Of a DNA stretch of 64,000 nucleotides, positions 61,017-64,000 are shown in pieces; positions within the stretch are counted from its first letter, which is position 1, and the number at the start of each line of letters is the position of its first letter. The notes under the pieces were generated by a model. It was not told the origin of the DNA, did not search any database, and was given only the letters and a program-made list of their open reading frames with translations. The translations under genes and the position numbers were made by a program. The stretch is from the NCBI GenBank assembly GCA_963765765.1, contig CAVXYC010000014.1, positions 160,001 through 224,000 on the forward strand. The letters are read 5' to 3'. Source of the stretch: an uncultured Chloroflexia bacterium. GTDB lineage: Bacteria; Chloroflexota; UBA6077; JACCZL01.

Positions 61017-61198
61017 ACTACCGACTACTCAATCAAGATCTACGATGAGGACGCTGCATCCGATGAATGGGCGCTAGCATCGCTAGATACCCGCGAATCA
61101 AAACCATCCCCATTGCCGTGCGACACGATGCCCATCCTTGGAGCGCGGCGTGCCGCTAGAATGTGGCTGACTCATTGTGACTTCTCCAACTCCGGCCC

Positions 61199-61975
61199 AT
61201 GGCTGACCTACAACGACCAACCGAGTCCATGCTTCGATTGGAGCATGCGGTGCCGAATCTATCGCCGAAGCGCATCCGGCGAGTCTTGCGGCACGGCAAC
61301 GTGGAAGCCATGGAGATGATCCCCTGGAGCTCCAACTACACCTTTGCCGTGAAGTTGAAGCTGGAGGGCGAGCCTGAGGCGATCGCCGTCTATAAACCCA
61401 AGCGGGGTGAAACTCCGCTCTGGGACTTCCCGAGTGGCACCCTGTATCGACGCGAATACGCTGCGTATCTCGCAAGTCAGATTCTGGGCTGGCGGTTCAT
61501 CCCGTGCACTGTGGTCCGAGACGGACCATATGGTGTGGGCACCATGCAGCTCTTCGTCGATCATGATCGCAAGGCTGATTTCTTCGAGTACAAGGAGGAA
61601 TTCGCCGAGCAGCTCCAGCGCATCGCGCTCTTCGACGTGATCGCCAACAACGCTGACAGGAAGGGCGGACACTGTTTGAAGGGAAGGGACGGAAACATCT
61701 GGGGCATCGATCACGGGCTGACGTTCCATCCGCAGCCGAAACTCCGTACCGTGATCTGGCACTTTGGCGGCGAAGCCATTCCCGACTGGCTCATCCAGGA
61801 TCTGGAGCGTTTTCTAGCGGATCCTGACCGCAGCACACGGATGCGGGCTATCTTGACCGAGCTCCTGGATCCGGCAGAAGTGGATATCTTCTTCGAGCGC
61901 ATTCGGCTTGCCCTTGAGATCCGTACCTATCCCATGATCGGCAATCGTCGAAGCGTCCCCTGGCCCTGGCACTGA
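61199..61975 (+). CDS. SCO1664 family protein (PI3/4-kinase-like fold)
   Basis: SNYTF, AVYKPKRGETPLWDFPSGTLYRREYAAY, RDGPYG.G..Q, FDVIANNADRKGGH, GIDHGLTFH..PKLRTVIW. Confidence 0.9.
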   Translation: MADLQRPTESMLRLEHAVPNLSPKRIRRVLRHGNVEAMEMIPWSSNYTFAVKLKLEGEPEAIAVYKPKRGETPLWDFPSGTLYRREYAAYLASQILGWRFIPCTVVRDGPYGVGTMQLFVDHDRKADFFEYKEEFAEQLQRIALFDVIANNADRKGGHCLKGRDGNIWGIDHGLTFHPQPKLRTVIWHFGGEAIPDWLIQDLERFLADPDRSTRMRAILTELLDPAEVDIFFERIRLALEIRTYPMIGNRRSVPWPWH

Positions 61976-62008
61976 CGCGAGTAACGAGTCAATTCTCGAT
62001 GGCCCGTC

Positions 62009-62944
62009 CTACTCATCACTCAGAAAGATAAGTGCGGCTGCGCCGGCCAGACTGGCTGAGACTCGCAGAGTGGAGATCCGCACGTCGAGGTTGCGGGTGA
62101 AGTCCAGGCGAGTGTAGCTGTCGAGAGCCTCGCGCAACGACGGCATGAACAGGTCGCCGGCCCGAGAGACGCCTCCACCAATAACCACTCGGTCCAGATC
62201 AATGAGATTCGTTGCTGATGCGATACCTTTACCCAGAGCCGAGCCGGCATCCTGAAAAAGCAAATGCGCCAGATCGTCGCCCGATAGCGCTCGGTGCAGT
62301 AAATCCGCCGCGGTGAAATCCGGGGGAAGGGTCGCTCCTTGCTTGGACCAAATGCGGCGAGCTCGCTTGACCAGAGACGTCCCTGAAGCAATGGCTTCGA
62401 TACAGCCAAGCGCGCCACAGACGCAGCGCGGGCCACGCGTGGAAACTGAAACGTGACCGAGGTGGCCCGCGTTCCCGTGGGCGCCGTGAACTAAGCGACC
62501 GTCGATGACAATTCCGCCGCCCACGCCCGTTGATACTACGATGCCAAGAAGCGATCGAGCGCCGGCGCCTCCGCCAATCCAATATTCACCCAGAGCATAG
62601 GCCTTGGCGTCATTGTCAACGATCGTGGGACGTCCATAGCGCTGCTGCAGTCGCTCGCGTAACGGAAATTCCCGCCACACGCCGATGTTCAGAGGGGAGA
62701 CCACACCCTCGGGATAGCGCATCGGCCCACCGCAACCGACGCCAATGCCAAGAATCTCAGCGGCTGCAGTGCCTGACTCCGCGAGTACCGCGTCGCAAAT
62801 TGAAATGAGCACATCAAAAAGAGCGTCACCAGCTGGAGCCCGCGTGGGCGCCTGACGTTCGTAGGCAACAGCGCCGTGCTCATCGACAATGGCAGCCGCC
62901 ATTTTGGTGCCGCCGATGTCGATTGCCAGAACCTGGTTTGCCAC
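62009..62944 (-). CDS. ROK family sugar kinase (glucokinase-like)
   Basis: AIDIGGTK, DNDAKA.A.GE, STGVGGG, GHLGH, CVCGALGCIEAIASG. Confidence 0.9.
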   Translation of the reverse strand: MANQVLAIDIGGTKMAAAIVDEHGAVAYERQAPTRAPAGDALFDVLISICDAVLAESGTAAAEILGIGVGCGGPMRYPEGVVSPLNIGVWREFPLRERLQQRYGRPTIVDNDAKAYALGEYWIGGGAGARSLLGIVVSTGVGGGIVIDGRLVHGAHGNAGHLGHVSVSTRGPRCVCGALGCIEAIASGTSLVKRARRIWSKQGATLPPDFTAADLLHRALSGDDLAHLLFQDAGSALGKGIASATNLIDLDRVVIGGGVSRAGDLFMPSLREALDSYTRLDFTRNLDVRISTLRVSASLAGAAALIFLSDE

Positions 62945-62997
62945 CGTACGTCAGGTGCTGAGCGGTCTGGAGTACGGTGATGATCGCATCCCGCCCT

Positions 62998-64000
62998 CTA
63001 CGAGCGCTTTGAAGTGGGCTCTGCCGTGGGTTGCGGCGCCGAGGCAGTCGGCGTCTTGCGCGTGGCGGTCGCCTTCGGCGTCGCGGTGTTCTTTGCTTCC
63101 TGAGCTCGCTTCTGCACGATGTCATAGCCACGAGGCGTCGGCATGGGCGTGGGCTGATTCTGGGCCGGCGCGGCCGCGGTGGGTGCAGCCGCGGTGGGCG
63201 CAGCCGCGATGGGTGCAGCAGCACCGGTCGCACCCCCAGTAGTCGTGCTGCCACTTGTTGCGCGGGGCGCCGTCGTCGTCGCTCCTGGCGCTGGCGTTAC
63301 AGGCTGCGCCGTGGCCCGGGCGGGGGCCGTGGGCTGCGGGACGGTTGCCGTTCCGGTACGTTGTCCCGTTTGATTGGTCTGCTGCTGCACCACCGCCGCC
63401 GGAATGCCAGGCTGATTGGACGCCGTGGGAGGACCATTGAAGGTGGGCGCCTTAGCGTTGGCCGGAATTCTTGGCACGGAAGCGTACGAGGGCATTGTCT
63501 CCAACGGCATTCTCAGCGGCGAAGCGTTAAATTCCGGTCGGTTGAACTGGTCAAAGGTGAGCCGGGCAATGCGGGCGATCGTCGCGTGGCCGATATCAGC
63601 GTCGCCCGCGCCCTGCGTAAGTACGGCAATTGCAAACGTTGATTTCGGCGAGAAGACCATCCCCACATCATGCGCGTAGTCTTCCCAGTTTCCAGTCTTG
63701 TTGCCCACGGGTGTGTCAGCCGGAAGAAGCGCGGGAATTCGATTTCGCACGAGCTGGCGCCGCATTAGATGGAGCATCTCCGCACTCGTTTTCTCATCGA
63801 TTGCCTTGCCCGTGGTGATCAGCTCCATAAGGCTCATCATGTCTCGCGCCGACGTTGAGAGCTGACTCCCGCCGATCGAAGTGGATTCGAGTCCCAGAGC
63901 CGCCATCTCCTGGTTGATCTGGTTCGCACCCACCAGAGTCAGCAGCATGATCGCTGAGACATTGTCACTGGCCGTGATCATGCGCTCCAGCGCTGTACCA
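62998..64000 (-). CDS. Class A beta-lactamase-like serine hydrolase with Pro/Thr/Ala-rich tail (5' end outside the window)
   Basis: MITASDN, TSARDM, NKTG, HDVG; low-complexity C-terminus. Confidence 0.82.
   Translation of the reverse strand, partial: GTALERMITASDNVSAIMLLTLVGANQINQEMAALGLESTSIGGSQLSTSARDMMSLMELITTGKAIDEKTSAEMLHLMRRQLVRNRIPALLPADTPVGNKTGNWEDYAHDVGMVFSPKSTFAIAVLTQGAGDADIGHATIARIARLTFDQFNRPEFNASPLRMPLETMPSYASVPRIPANAKAPTFNGPPTASNQPGIPAAVVQQQTNQTGQRTGTATVPQPTAPARATAQPVTPAPGATTTAPRATSGSTTTGGATGAAAPIAAAPTAAAPTAAAPAQNQPTPMPTPRGYDIVQKRAQEAKNTATPKATATRKTPTASAPQPTAEPTSKRS

Overview
GC-rich, gene-dense bacterial chromosomal window, most likely from a Chloroflexota genome. This is inferred from the RNase P RNA lacking P13/P14, a stand-alone FbiE-type F420 nitroreductase, a GAAC-N4-GTTC LexA box and Chloroflexi-style secreted Pro/Thr-rich proteins. 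It carries mostly housekeeping and metabolic genes: selA/selB, an ECF sigma/anti-sigma pair, S41 protease, ComD/ComE-like decarboxylase, a multi-GAF two-component system, F420 genes (cofE, fbiE-like, LLM oxidoreductase), ppc, pheA, pepA, a YfhO-flippase fusion, Moco genes, lpdA-lipB, mrp, rnpB and a CyaC-like cyclase. About 20 apparent single-base frameshifts in otherwise intact genes point to uncorrected long-read indels. No CRISPR array, tRNA, rRNA, integrase or transposase was seen. The most notable observations are: (1) a selenoprotein missed by the ORF track, a DsbA/Rv2466c-like protein with FDPT-UGA-PWAW and a strong SECIS-like hairpin (53724-54350); (2) a sigma54 promoter, a 77-aa orphan ORF and a ~400-nt densely structured, possibly pseudoknotted RNA that I cannot assign to a family (60314-61016); (3) a self-contained sigma70 transcript with a 19-codon Leu/Ile/Val-rich peptide, a ~150-nt structured RNA and a terminator (15928-16237); (4) a leaderless LexA-controlled SplB-like radical SAM gene; (5) several families of intergenic heptamer-built and REP-like palindromes. 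All calls are by eye from the sequence; no searches were run.
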